DNA from: Nitrosopumilus sp.
GTDB taxonomy: Archaea; Thermoproteota; Nitrososphaeria; Nitrososphaerales; Nitrosopumilaceae
Length of the DNA stretch: 64,000 bases
Assembly (NCBI GenBank): GCA_965223425.1
Contig: OZ245003.1
Span: forward strand, 1,216,001 to 1,280,000
Reading direction: 5' to 3'
Within the stretch, counting starts at the first letter, position 1, and every line of letters begins with the position of its first letter. Positions 37,206 to 45,611 of the stretch are shown piece after piece. The translations under genes were made by a program, and so were the position numbers. A model generated the notes under the pieces. That model was given only the letters and a program-made list of their open reading frames with translations, was not told the origin of the DNA and did not search any database.

Positions 37206-37441
37206 TCACTTTACAAGTCCATTGTTATAATCGCTGATGAACTCTTTTTTTAATTGCAGCTTTTCTCAATATGCCCAAAAACAATCCGATTTTTAGTTTG
37301 TTATTCCCTGCAGGAACAGTAACTGCCGTGTCGACATTTCTTAGCGTAACATGACTGCCTTTTCTACTAGCTATGGAAAATTTTTTTTTTGAGCAAATAA
37401 TTTATCATTGTGTTTCCAGAAACACGTGGAACTTTTGTCAT
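37206..37441 (-). pseudogene. hicA: HicA-family toxin, frameshifted
   Basis: MTKVPRVSGNTMINYLLKKK / FSIASRKGSHVTLRNVDTAVTVPAGNNKLKIGLFLGILRKA (GSH and VTVP hallmarks). An A10 run (T at 37381-37390) breaks the frame; A9 restores it. ATG overlaps the hicB stop (TAATG). Confidence 0.85.
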
Positions 37442-37656
37442 TATGTGTTTTGAATGACCAACGTGTTAAAATCATCTGTATTGCCGCTTTCCTCAGCTGC
37501 AAGTTCCATAGCTTCTTTTATGTTTTCCATAATTTCACCATATGTCTCGCCTTGTGAAAAAGCACTTAATTCATCACATTCTCCTATAAAGCCACCATCT
37601 ATTTTATCTGGAGTTATGACTACTGTGTATGTTTTTTTCTGGATTGTCGTACTCAT
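37441..37656 (-). CDS. hicB: HicB-family antitoxin (short, no DNA-binding domain)
   Basis: YTVVI..D..GGFIGEC.EL..FSQGETYGEIMENIKEAMEL. Confidence 0.9.
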   Translation of the reverse strand: MSTTIQKKTYTVVITPDKIDGGFIGECDELSAFSQGETYGEIMENIKEAMELAAEESGNTDDFNTLVIQNT

Positions 37657-37729
37657 AACACAATTGTGTTACCTAGAGTATTAAATTTATTCTAAGTTCT
37701 GGGCGTAAAGTAATCAACAATATGATAAT

Positions 37730-37900
37730 TCCGATATTTTTTGATGCATTAACTCCCGACAGGATTGACGCAATCTTTTGTTCTTCTTCTAGATCCTCAG
37801 GAAAATGAATCTTAATGTGATTTAGAATGGCTTGGCTAATCTTTGGTTGTGCAGATACTTCAGCCAAAAGACGAATGTTTAGTCGGGATAAAAATCTGTA
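37730..37900 (-). pseudogene. hsdS: Fragment of a type I R-M specificity subunit
   Basis: SAQPKISQAILNHIKIHFP.DLEEEQKIASILS is the TRD-end/conserved-helix motif of HsdS; the rest of the gene is absent. Borders approximate. Confidence 0.7.
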
Positions 37901-37908
37901 AAGATGAT

Positions 37909-38115
37909 TCAATTATTGGTTCCTGATTTAAGAAATTCCAATGTACATTCTGCAAGCTCCTTGCCATTATGTTTCTTAATTTGATGCTTACAATTGGGAC
38001 AGATTCCTGTTTCTTCCTCTGTAGTTTCATCCCCTACCTGTTTCATGCAACACTCCATTAATTCTGATGTTGAATGAGACTCCATTGCTAGTTTACACGT
38101 AGGACATTCTGTCAT
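37909..38115 (-). CDS. Small protein with a duplicated CxxC-H-C zinc motif
   Basis: CPTCK...SHS..ELMEC / CPNCK...KHN..ELAEC internal repeat. Confidence 0.7.
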   Translation of the reverse strand: MTECPTCKLAMESHSTSELMECCMKQVGDETTEEETGICPNCKHQIKKHNGKELAECTLEFLKSGTNN

Positions 38116-38382
38116 GTTGTTCTATGTTTTATCAAAAAGTAATAGCTAATAAAATGTGATATGTGCGCATCTTCAATACTGTCTAGTTACTGGCAATTCT
38201 TATTTTACCAGACCATCGGCCACAGATAAATTGGTAACCAATGCCGAGTTGTGATTACCAAACCCCTTCAACCTGTGGCAATATTCTTTCTTCACAATTA
38301 CCGTTAAAATAAAAAAAGTACGTAAAAATTGATTCAAACATTCAAAAAATTCAATCCAGCCTGTATTCTATATTTTTGATAG

Positions 38383-39518
38383 TGTGGGATCCTAAAAGTA
38401 GTTCATCCCCCTGCTACTTGGTTTCATATTCCTCCCCTGTCTGCTCATCTACGACTATTTCCCCCTTTGGCGGCATCTTGCGCACAAAGGCCTGTGCAGG
38501 CGTTTCCCTCTGCTTTCTGTTCAGTGACATGTGGGGCCTGCGGTTGTTGTACCAGTCCATGAGCAGGTCCACCGGATCGCTTTTGCGCATCATGATTGCC
38601 ACAAACTCCGGAAGCTTGCGCTGTATCTCGCCGTGCAGGCGCTCCAGCTTTCCATTGGTTTGCGGGTGTCCTACTCCTGCAAGAATCTGTTTTATTCCAA
38701 GCTCGACTAGCCTTTTTTCAAACCTGCTTGCGCCCCCCTTGCCTTGGCCTCCTTTTCGTTTGCATAAAACTGCGAGCCGTGATCCGTCATGACTGCCGCA
38801 GGCTTGCCGTGGTTCCTTATGGCCTGATCCAGCACCCTGAGTGCGTTTTCTGTCGTGGCATTATCAAACATGCCGTATCCTGTCACGAACCTGGAGGCGT
38901 CGTCCTCGTAGCACAGGAACCACCTGCCGTCATCAAGCAGCTTGTAGTCAGTATGCCACAGGGAGTTTGAGTAGGTGCGCTCGTAGCGAACCCATCTTCG
39001 CTTTTTGCCCTTCCTTGACTCCTCTGATGCCATGTCTTCGTCCCTCAATATCCTGTGGATGGTGTTGTGGGGGATATTTATTCCGGTCTGATCCCTGACT
39101 GCATCTTGTATGTTTGCAGCACCCAGGTGCTCCTGACACCGTACGGCAAGGACTGCAGAATGCTCCCTGCGTCCTGGCATGCCGTTTTTGGGCCTTCCCA
39201 TCAGTGCAGGATGTGATATGTCCTGTATCGTGTGGTTTCTGTGCCTGGCCCACAGCTTTTGGACCCACCGTACTGACACTTTCATGGATTGGGCTATCTG
39301 GGAGTTGGCAAGACGGCCCTTTCTCTTTTCTTGCACTATCCATGTACCTGTGATTTCTTTAGTTTCATGTTGTTGGGGTGTTCCAAACTTGTGTATCTTC
39401 CTAGCCTTTTCTTCCAGACCCACACACCCTTGTTTCCTGTGACAGTAAGGTCGATGCGCCTGTTCTTTATCGACTTTACATACTCGGAGAAGGGGTGAAC
39501 TACTTTTTGTACAAGACA
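38383..39518 (-). mobile_element. IS481-family element, transposase frameshifted
   Basis: Ends TGT-N8-AAAAGTAGTTCA in inverted orientation. Transposase has WHTDYK, DDASR, TDHGSQF and HPQTNGKLER. Frame break at a G6 run (C at 38733-38738). No target duplication seen. Confidence 0.9.
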
Positions 39519-39570
39519 GGTAATATAAGCTCTAGAAAAGCACAATAAAGACTAATTTCTAAAAATATTA

Positions 39571-40743
39571 TTGAAATTTAATACTATAACATTTCAAAAT
39601 TTTGGCCCAATTAAAGAAGGAATTATTTCCAAAAATAAGATAATGATATTTTTTGGACCCAATAATTCTGGGAAATCATTAGTGTCAAGATTCATTCACT
39701 CATTAACATCTCATGATCTGCCAAAATTCCCTAGCAAAAGACCGTTTGTCCGTATGTCGAAAATTAGCAAGGAGGAGTGGTATGATGCATTTGGTTTCTA
39801 CATGTTAGAATATAGTGGAATTAAATATGATGCTGCTGTAACTTTTCGAAAAAATAAATGTATAATTGAAGCAAAAACTAATCAAAAATGTATTAAATTT
39901 GAATTTAGTAATAATTTAAAAAATTATCATCATAAAGTAAACACGTGGATGTTGTTTGATCGTTCTTATCGTTATGATTTACCAAAATCTAAAAATCGAA
40001 ACAGTGTTTATATTCCTGCTGCAAGAACTGGAACTTTACAATTTTTCACTATCATTACACAAATGAGAAGTAGGTTACTTAGTGAAATTTTACACACTCT
40101 TGGTGATACCAAACATTTTTCAACAGAAAAAACATCTGATAAAGATATTCGCAGATTTTTACGTTCATTAGGGCAATTTCCTGCTTATCTTGAAGAATTT
40201 TATGATTTAATTCTAGAAGCACAAACTCAGGGATTAGATGGTGAAATACGGGATTTAATTAAATCGATGTATGGTGGTGATTTGACTTTATATCCGTCAC
40301 GTGGATTACCTATTATTCATTATACTGATCCAATGGGATTTTCTACAGAAATTGAAAGAGCAGGATCAGGGGTTATTTCTTCTTTTCCTATATTATTGGG
40401 AGCAAATAAAGTTGCCACAAAAGGAACTCTGATTGTTGAAGAACCTGAAGCTCACATTGAGCCGTCAAAACAGCTAATCTTGATAGAGGACCTGTGTAGA
40501 ATATCTATTTCTAGAGGTAATACTTTATTGCTAACAACACACAGCGATTACATTATTAAAAAAATTCTTGCAATGATAAGTCAAGGAAAACTTAAAAATC
40601 AAGATGTAAGTTTATTCTTTTTTGAAAAACCTAAAGATAAATTTACTACAATAAAAAAGATAAAAATTGACAAAGAAGGTATTGCTGAACAACCAAATTT
40701 TCAAGATGCCTTAGACTCTCTTATATCTGACTTTTCAAAATAA
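39571..40743 (+). CDS. ABC-type (AAA_15/AAA_21-like) ATPase, DUF3696-like tail
   Basis: FQNFGPI start, Walker A GPNNSGKS, signature AGSG, Walker B/D-loop LIVEEPEAHIEP, H-loop LTTHS; very AT-rich. Confidence 0.9.
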   Translation: MKFNTITFQNFGPIKEGIISKNKIMIFFGPNNSGKSLVSRFIHSLTSHDLPKFPSKRPFVRMSKISKEEWYDAFGFYMLEYSGIKYDAAVTFRKNKCIIEAKTNQKCIKFEFSNNLKNYHHKVNTWMLFDRSYRYDLPKSKNRNSVYIPAARTGTLQFFTIITQMRSRLLSEILHTLGDTKHFSTEKTSDKDIRRFLRSLGQFPAYLEEFYDLILEAQTQGLDGEIRDLIKSMYGGDLTLYPSRGLPIIHYTDPMGFSTEIERAGSGVISSFPILLGANKVATKGTLIVEEPEAHIEPSKQLILIEDLCRISISRGNTLLLTTHSDYIIKKILAMISQGKLKNQDVSLFFFEKPKDKFTTIKKIKIDKEGIAEQPNFQDALDSLISDFSK

Positions 40744-40744
40744 A

Positions 40745-41308
40745 TTGATTACAAAACATAACTTGGTATTAATACTTGACACAAACGTCGTAGGAGATAT
40801 TATTGAACAAAGTATGCAAGATAATTACTATAATATATTTGATTTATGGCTAGGAACAATAATTAAGAAAATAACAAAAAATATTCCAAACAGAACCATT
40901 ACTTTTATTTTAAACAAGTCTATGATAAAAGATTACAAAACAGGATTGTCTAAACGTGGATTTCCAAAAATAGCTAAACCTATTGAACTTCTATTTGATA
41001 AATCACTAACAAATAAACAGAAACTTTCAAATTCAAAAAAAATTGAATTTATATTTCAAAAAATTTCTATGCATCACGTATCTGAAGAAACGAAAATTAA
41101 GGATAAATATGATCGAGTATTTTCAGATGTTACAAAATTTGCATTAGATTTTAGAAAATTTTCTGATAAATACATAATTTTAGCAACTAAAGATACTACT
41201 ACTTTTTCTGATTTAGAATCTATTTTTACGTCTAAACTGTATGCAAATGGTGGAAGATTATTATTAGTTAAAAGTCTTGAAAATTTAGAAAAAACTATAG
41301 AGTGTTAA
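40745..41308 (+). CDS. PIN-like domain protein coupled to the ATPase
   Basis: LILDTNVV, KDKYDRVF and ILATKD acidic motifs; starts 1 bp after the ATPase stop. Confidence 0.7.
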   Translation: MITKHNLVLILDTNVVGDIIEQSMQDNYYNIFDLWLGTIIKKITKNIPNRTITFILNKSMIKDYKTGLSKRGFPKIAKPIELLFDKSLTNKQKLSNSKKIEFIFQKISMHHVSEETKIKDKYDRVFSDVTKFALDFRKFSDKYIILATKDTTTFSDLESIFTSKLYANGGRLLLVKSLENLEKTIEC

Positions 41309-42550
41309 AGGCAGATTGTAAAATAAAATTTTTACGCTGGTAAATCTCCAAGAATTTTTGAATGCCTGTTAAACTCAAGTGTTAGACATATCGGTAAGAA
41401 TAAACGGCTAATGGTGATAAAGCTGAATCTTCTTTCCAACAACTTAGTCGCTTCTTAATGCAACAAAAGAGCCGTGACATCATGGAAAGGCAAAGGTACA
41501 CAGACCGTTTGCACATTCATCACTTGATGGAATGATTGCAGCAGTGATAAAATTCTACAGGACATGTCACTTCAAGCTGGACACGATAAAATATATCCAA
41601 AGAAAGCAGTGGATTGCACTTTTTTATGATCTGAAGTATAGGTCATACTAGCGACAAATCATTTGATGTTTTCTACTGAATCACCACAAACAATTTTTGA
41701 CACTAAAGGATACATAACTCCAGATAGATTTGAAGAATTTTACATTGACCAAAAAATATTGTTAGAACAAGAAAAACAACCAAGAGCAAAAACTACGTCA
41801 CTTGAGAATAAAATATCTAAGGAACAACTACAATACGACAAATATTATAAACAATATCAACATTATGATGGTAAATTCTTTCTAATAGTGAATACAAGAA
41901 AGCACAACAAGTACTTGCTCAATTAAATTCATCTGCTAAAAAAATCAATAAAATGACTGATCAGCAAAACCTGCCAATAGGAAAAATCAACAATACTGTC
42001 AATCAACTAAATTGCAAACCCAATTTTGAAGTTAATCTTAGCTATCCAAATAATATGATAAATCCTATTACTGATGCCATTATTGAAATTCCCATCCATA
42101 CATAAAATTTGCCCATCATCACTAACTGTCAAATTCTACTAAAATTAATAGTTTGGAATTTGGAAAGCAAGCAAGTATGATATCTTTTTTGCATCGACTC
42201 TTTGGGAGTTACAGACAGATATCAAACCAGCAAACACCTTGCTTCCAATCTTTGTAATGCTCTATATTTTCAAAAATTCTTAAAATAAAACATGTCTTCA
42301 AATTTAACCAAAATGGGTTGAAAAAATGATCTATTTTTAATTCTGAGAAAAACCCAGCCTCAACTTCATGTTATGGATATGTGCTCAAACTGCACATGCA
42401 GCCTCTTTTAGCCTAGCCTGCTTATTGATTTTTGAATCCCGCTTTACTGCGTTCCTGCGCCTGCCTTAACTGACCATGCCTTGGAATTCAGATACTGCCA
42501 AACATCATTATTATAGCAAAAAATTTTTCAATTCTTAAAACTATCGAGTA

Positions 42551-42757
42551 TTGTTGATAATAATCTGTAAAGGAATTCAAAAAAATCGCAAATTTGAAAA
42601 ATGCACATTTCTTCATGATGGTAATTGGGGGGATGCTGAACTAGTTGAACATGAAAAATATCATAAATCTCTTGAAACTAGAAATTACTCTTGGCTGGGG
42701 TTTGATGCATCCCAGTCTCTTGGAAAATTTAGCGGACGTGATGGAAAGCGAACCTGA
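42551..42757 (+). CDS. Small conserved-looking hypothetical protein
   Basis: 68 aa with a C..C.F.H..H..H pattern; TTAAAA box upstream. Confidence 0.6.
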   Translation: MLIIICKGIQKNRKFEKCTFLHDGNWGDAELVEHEKYHKSLETRNYSWLGFDASQSLGKFSGRDGKRT

Positions 42758-42783
42758 TCTCAATAATTTTATTCCCATAACGG

Positions 42784-43332
42784 ATGAAACAAAATATGGG
42801 CGAGAACAATGTTGTGGTTTGGTCAAAGAATTCTTTTCTTAAATGGTCTGATTTTCAAGCTGAATCAAACCCTGCAGTCTTTGAGGATTCTCATAGTGTA
42901 GTCAAATACAGGTACACTTGGACAGTTAATTCTGACGAAATAAAAAATCAAATTTTATTTTTTATTGAAAATATCCAACTTTCTGTAGAATTTCACCCTT
43001 TTTTGTCATGGGTTAGACCCTCACAGGCTGATGATAATTTGTTAAAGCATGAACAAGGACATTTTGATCTGGCAGAACTGGTTAAACGGGAAAACTTGAA
43101 ATCGATTCAAAATGAATTCTACGAAAAACGATTTCCGACAAGAGGTAAAAATGAGGAACAAAGAAAGCAATTTGCAAAAGAAGATTCGGGTAAAATGATT
43201 GGAAAAGAAATTGAAAAATTAGATGTGATTTTTTTGCAACAAAGTAAAAAATATGATGAAGAGACAAATTTTGGCCAAAATCTAGACAAACAATCAGAAT
43301 ATGACTCGGTCTTTGAAAAACTTAGACTGTAA
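42784..43332 (+). CDS. DUF922-like Zn-dependent protease
   Basis: LKWSDF, SWV, LLKHEQGHFDLAE and YDEETNFG motifs. Confidence 0.85.
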   Translation: MKQNMGENNVVVWSKNSFLKWSDFQAESNPAVFEDSHSVVKYRYTWTVNSDEIKNQILFFIENIQLSVEFHPFLSWVRPSQADDNLLKHEQGHFDLAELVKRENLKSIQNEFYEKRFPTRGKNEEQRKQFAKEDSGKMIGKEIEKLDVIFLQQSKKYDEETNFGQNLDKQSEYDSVFEKLRL

Positions 43333-43333
43333 A

Positions 43334-43612
43334 TTATTGTTTTTCAATAATTTTGTTTTCTGGAATTGAACTAATATAATTCACCAGGCTTCTATAATAT
43401 TTCAAATGAAAGCCCAAATCTCTTATTTCTGTTTGCTTTAACTCTTCTAACTCAGGTCCAAAATCCCTTCTGTCTGTTTGAATCTGGTTTAGTACACCTT
43501 CATTCACTTCAATCATGTGAAATAGACTGTGCAGCACTTCGCCTTTTGTGAGCGTGTTATCGCATGATTTTTTTAGCAACGTTTCAATCCAATCCATGTT
43601 TATTGAATTCAA
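43334..43612 (-). CDS. Hypothetical protein
   Basis: 92-aa helical ORF converging on the DUF922 gene. Confidence 0.6.
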   Translation of the reverse strand: MNSINMDWIETLLKKSCDNTLTKGEVLHSLFHMIEVNEGVLNQIQTDRRDFGPELEELKQTEIRDLGFHLKYYRSLVNYISSIPENKIIEKQ

Positions 43613-43683
43613 AGTTGTTATATCCAGACCTGAATTTGATAAATTCTGACCTTTACTCTATTTTTTTTAGTTTAGGCTTACAA

Positions 43684-43815
43684 TTATTTTCTTGATGCCC
43701 GTTTTTTTCGGTTCATAATTTCCTTGTTTCTTTCTACATCTGAATGAACTTCTACATGTTCGTATAGCTGTTCTTTTGAATCAAACATCTGTTCACAGTA
43801 ATAACATTGATGCAT
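43684..43815 (-). CDS. 43-aa C2H2 zinc-finger protein
   Basis: Own translation: MHQCYYCEQMFDSKEQLYEHVEVHSDVERNKEIMNRKKRASRK*. Confidence 0.75.
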   Translation of the reverse strand: MHQCYYCEQMFDSKEQLYEHVEVHSDVERNKEIMNRKKRASRK

Positions 43816-43879
43816 TTTATAATTACGTCAATCTTAGATTAATTACTTTCTGTATTGGGTTCTGTGAAGTTATCGGGAG

Positions 43880-45142
43880 TTAACCCCTATAACTCGACTT
43901 TGACATATCGACTATTCGGATTACCGATGGTGTGCCGGATTCCGTCATCGCCGGCTCAAAAGTGCCGGACTGCGCTTCACATATGTCATCTCTACTGCCC
44001 CTAAACCTAGGGGGCAGCTTGCGTGATATGTTGTTCATGGCAGCGACAATATCCCTGTCCATAAACAAACCGCAATTATTACACGACAGTTTACGATGCT
44101 GTTGCATGTCCTCTTGGAGTCTCTTTCCGCATTGCGGACACTGCGTGCTCGTGTTTCTTGGGTCTACTGTCTCGACTGGTGGGAGCCCGACCCATCGGGC
44201 TTTGTATTCTATTTGGCGTTGCAGCTCGTAGAATTGCCACCCGTTCAATCTGCGCCTGTACTTGTTGCCTTGACTGTTTCCTTTTCGGTACAATTTTCTT
44301 ATTCCTTTCAGGTTTTCCATGACGATTGCAGTCTTGTTTTTGACTGCGTTGTCTACTATATCCTTTGAGATTCTGTGGATGTACTGCCTTGCTCTGTCAG
44401 TCAGTCTTCTCTGTCTTTCCTTGCAGAACTGATTTTTCTTCCTGCGGTCATTTCTGTGGAAGCCTGCCCTGGCGTGTACTGTGTTCTCCTTTATGGATAA
44501 CAGTTTGTTTGTCTTGCAGACTGTCACCCCTTCCTTGTTCCCACACGTCACATTTCTTAGGTTTCTGTCTATTCCAACTTTCTTGGTGCACTCTATCTCT
44601 TGTACTTTTTTTGAAACACAAAGACTGATGTTGAGGGCAGTCAGTGAAAACGAGCGCACCGTCAGGGCGGGATCAGACAGGATTTTTTGGGTGTGATCGT
44701 TGAGTAAGATGTTGATTGGGTTATGCTTCTTGTATGGGATTGTTAGTAGTGCACCGTTGTGTTTTATGCCGTAACAGTTTGTCATAAAGGGATTTTTGAC
44801 TATTGGGTCTCTTATTCGGACACCTCGTTTGACTGATTGTTTTCTGTTTGATAATGTGCCTGCAGCTCTTGATATTGCACATATCTTGTATGACGATAAA
44901 ATGTCATAGTTACGCAATTCATGACAACATAACATGGACAGCCTCTTCATATCGTGAGTGTCTTCTTTCAACCCTATCTTGATGCAATGATTGGCCATCT
45001 TTGTGAATGTAGCCGCCATATCCATTAGGTCAGAGTTCGGCGCATATTTCTGTGATATTGGCTTTATCGCCTTCAGCGAATATCTTGCGGTTTGGAGGCT
45101 TGTACATTTTGGGAATTGACATGTAACTCCCGATAACTTCAC
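43880..45142 (-). CDS. tnpB: TnpB RNA-guided endonuclease
   Basis: RuvC-I VGIDRNL, RuvC-II IVMENL, Zn ribbon CPQC..CNNC, RuvC-III DRDIVAAMN. True start uncertain (possibly CTG at 45076 or a downstream ATG). Confidence 0.95.
   Translation of the reverse strand: MKLSGVTCQFPKCTSLQTARYSLKAIKPISQKYAPNSDLMDMAATFTKMANHCIKIGLKEDTHDMKRLSMLCCHELRNYDILSSYKICAISRAAGTLSNRKQSVKRGVRIRDPIVKNPFMTNCYGIKHNGALLTIPYKKHNPINILLNDHTQKILSDPALTVRSFSLTALNISLCVSKKVQEIECTKKVGIDRNLRNVTCGNKEGVTVCKTNKLLSIKENTVHARAGFHRNDRRKKNQFCKERQRRLTDRARQYIHRISKDIVDNAVKNKTAIVMENLKGIRKLYRKGNSQGNKYRRRLNGWQFYELQRQIEYKARWVGLPPVETVDPRNTSTQCPQCGKRLQEDMQQHRKLSCNNCGLFMDRDIVAAMNNISRKLPPRFRGSRDDICEAQSGTFEPAMTESGTPSVIRIVDMSKSSYRG
43895..44017 (-). 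ncRNA. Candidate omegaRNA scaffold overlapping the tnpB 3' end
   Basis: Nested stems: CTGCCCC/GGGGCAG (43995-44017), TGACATAT/ATATGTCA (43981-43988 with 43901-43908), CCGGC/GCCGG (43951-43968), CGATG/CATCG (43925-43950). Confidence 0.6.
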
Positions 45143-45190
45143 AGAACCCTGTATTGTATGAAAAATTTGTTCCTGTATTCTGTTAAACGT

Positions 45191-45529
45191 TCATGAAGTT
45201 TCTAACTCAATTTCGAAATTACATATGGGCAGCTTGCCTGATTCGTTTTTGAACTGTTCTATTAGTTGAAGCTGACGCTCTTTTGGACTGCCTGTAAATT
45301 CTCTTTGGTATGATTGAGTTTTCTGCTTGCATTCATTTCCTTCAAAATTGGTATCTACATATTTTGTAAATATTTTTTCTAGATTATTTGATTCACCAAC
45401 ATATATTGCCTCTTTTTGTCTGTTGTATAATACGTATACTCCTGGAATTGGTTTAACGAATTTAGCGCTCTCGAGCCAAACCCTCATTTTATCATCAAGT
45501 AGCTGCTGCATACTTGAAGATATTTTCAC
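45191..45529 (-). CDS. Small GIY-YIG-superfamily protein
   Basis: PGVYVLY...IYVGES motif. Confidence 0.75.
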   Translation of the reverse strand: MKISSSMQQLLDDKMRVWLESAKFVKPIPGVYVLYNRQKEAIYVGESNNLEKIFTKYVDTNFEGNECKQKTQSYQREFTGSPKERQLQLIEQFKNESGKLPICNFEIELETS

Positions 45530-45611
45530 TAGATATTAAACTTAGATTGCAAAAACTTTGATATTAGAAGAACCTTAATGCTTTTAATATTGAGAAAAAG
45601 GATGGTTAATC

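Larger units (their letters stand above)
43858..45148. mobile_element. Non-autonomous TIR element carrying tnpB
   Basis: Perfect 25-bp TIRs ggttctgtgaagttatcgggagtta (43858-43882) / taactcccgataacttcacagaacc (45124-45148); 8-bp TSD ctgtattg at 43850-43857 and 45149-45156. Confidence 0.93.

Noticed and set aside
41340-42500. Integrase-like and transposase-like fragments, including ORF 41663..41926
   Set aside because: Only vague short similarities with no catalytic motif; needs a translated search.
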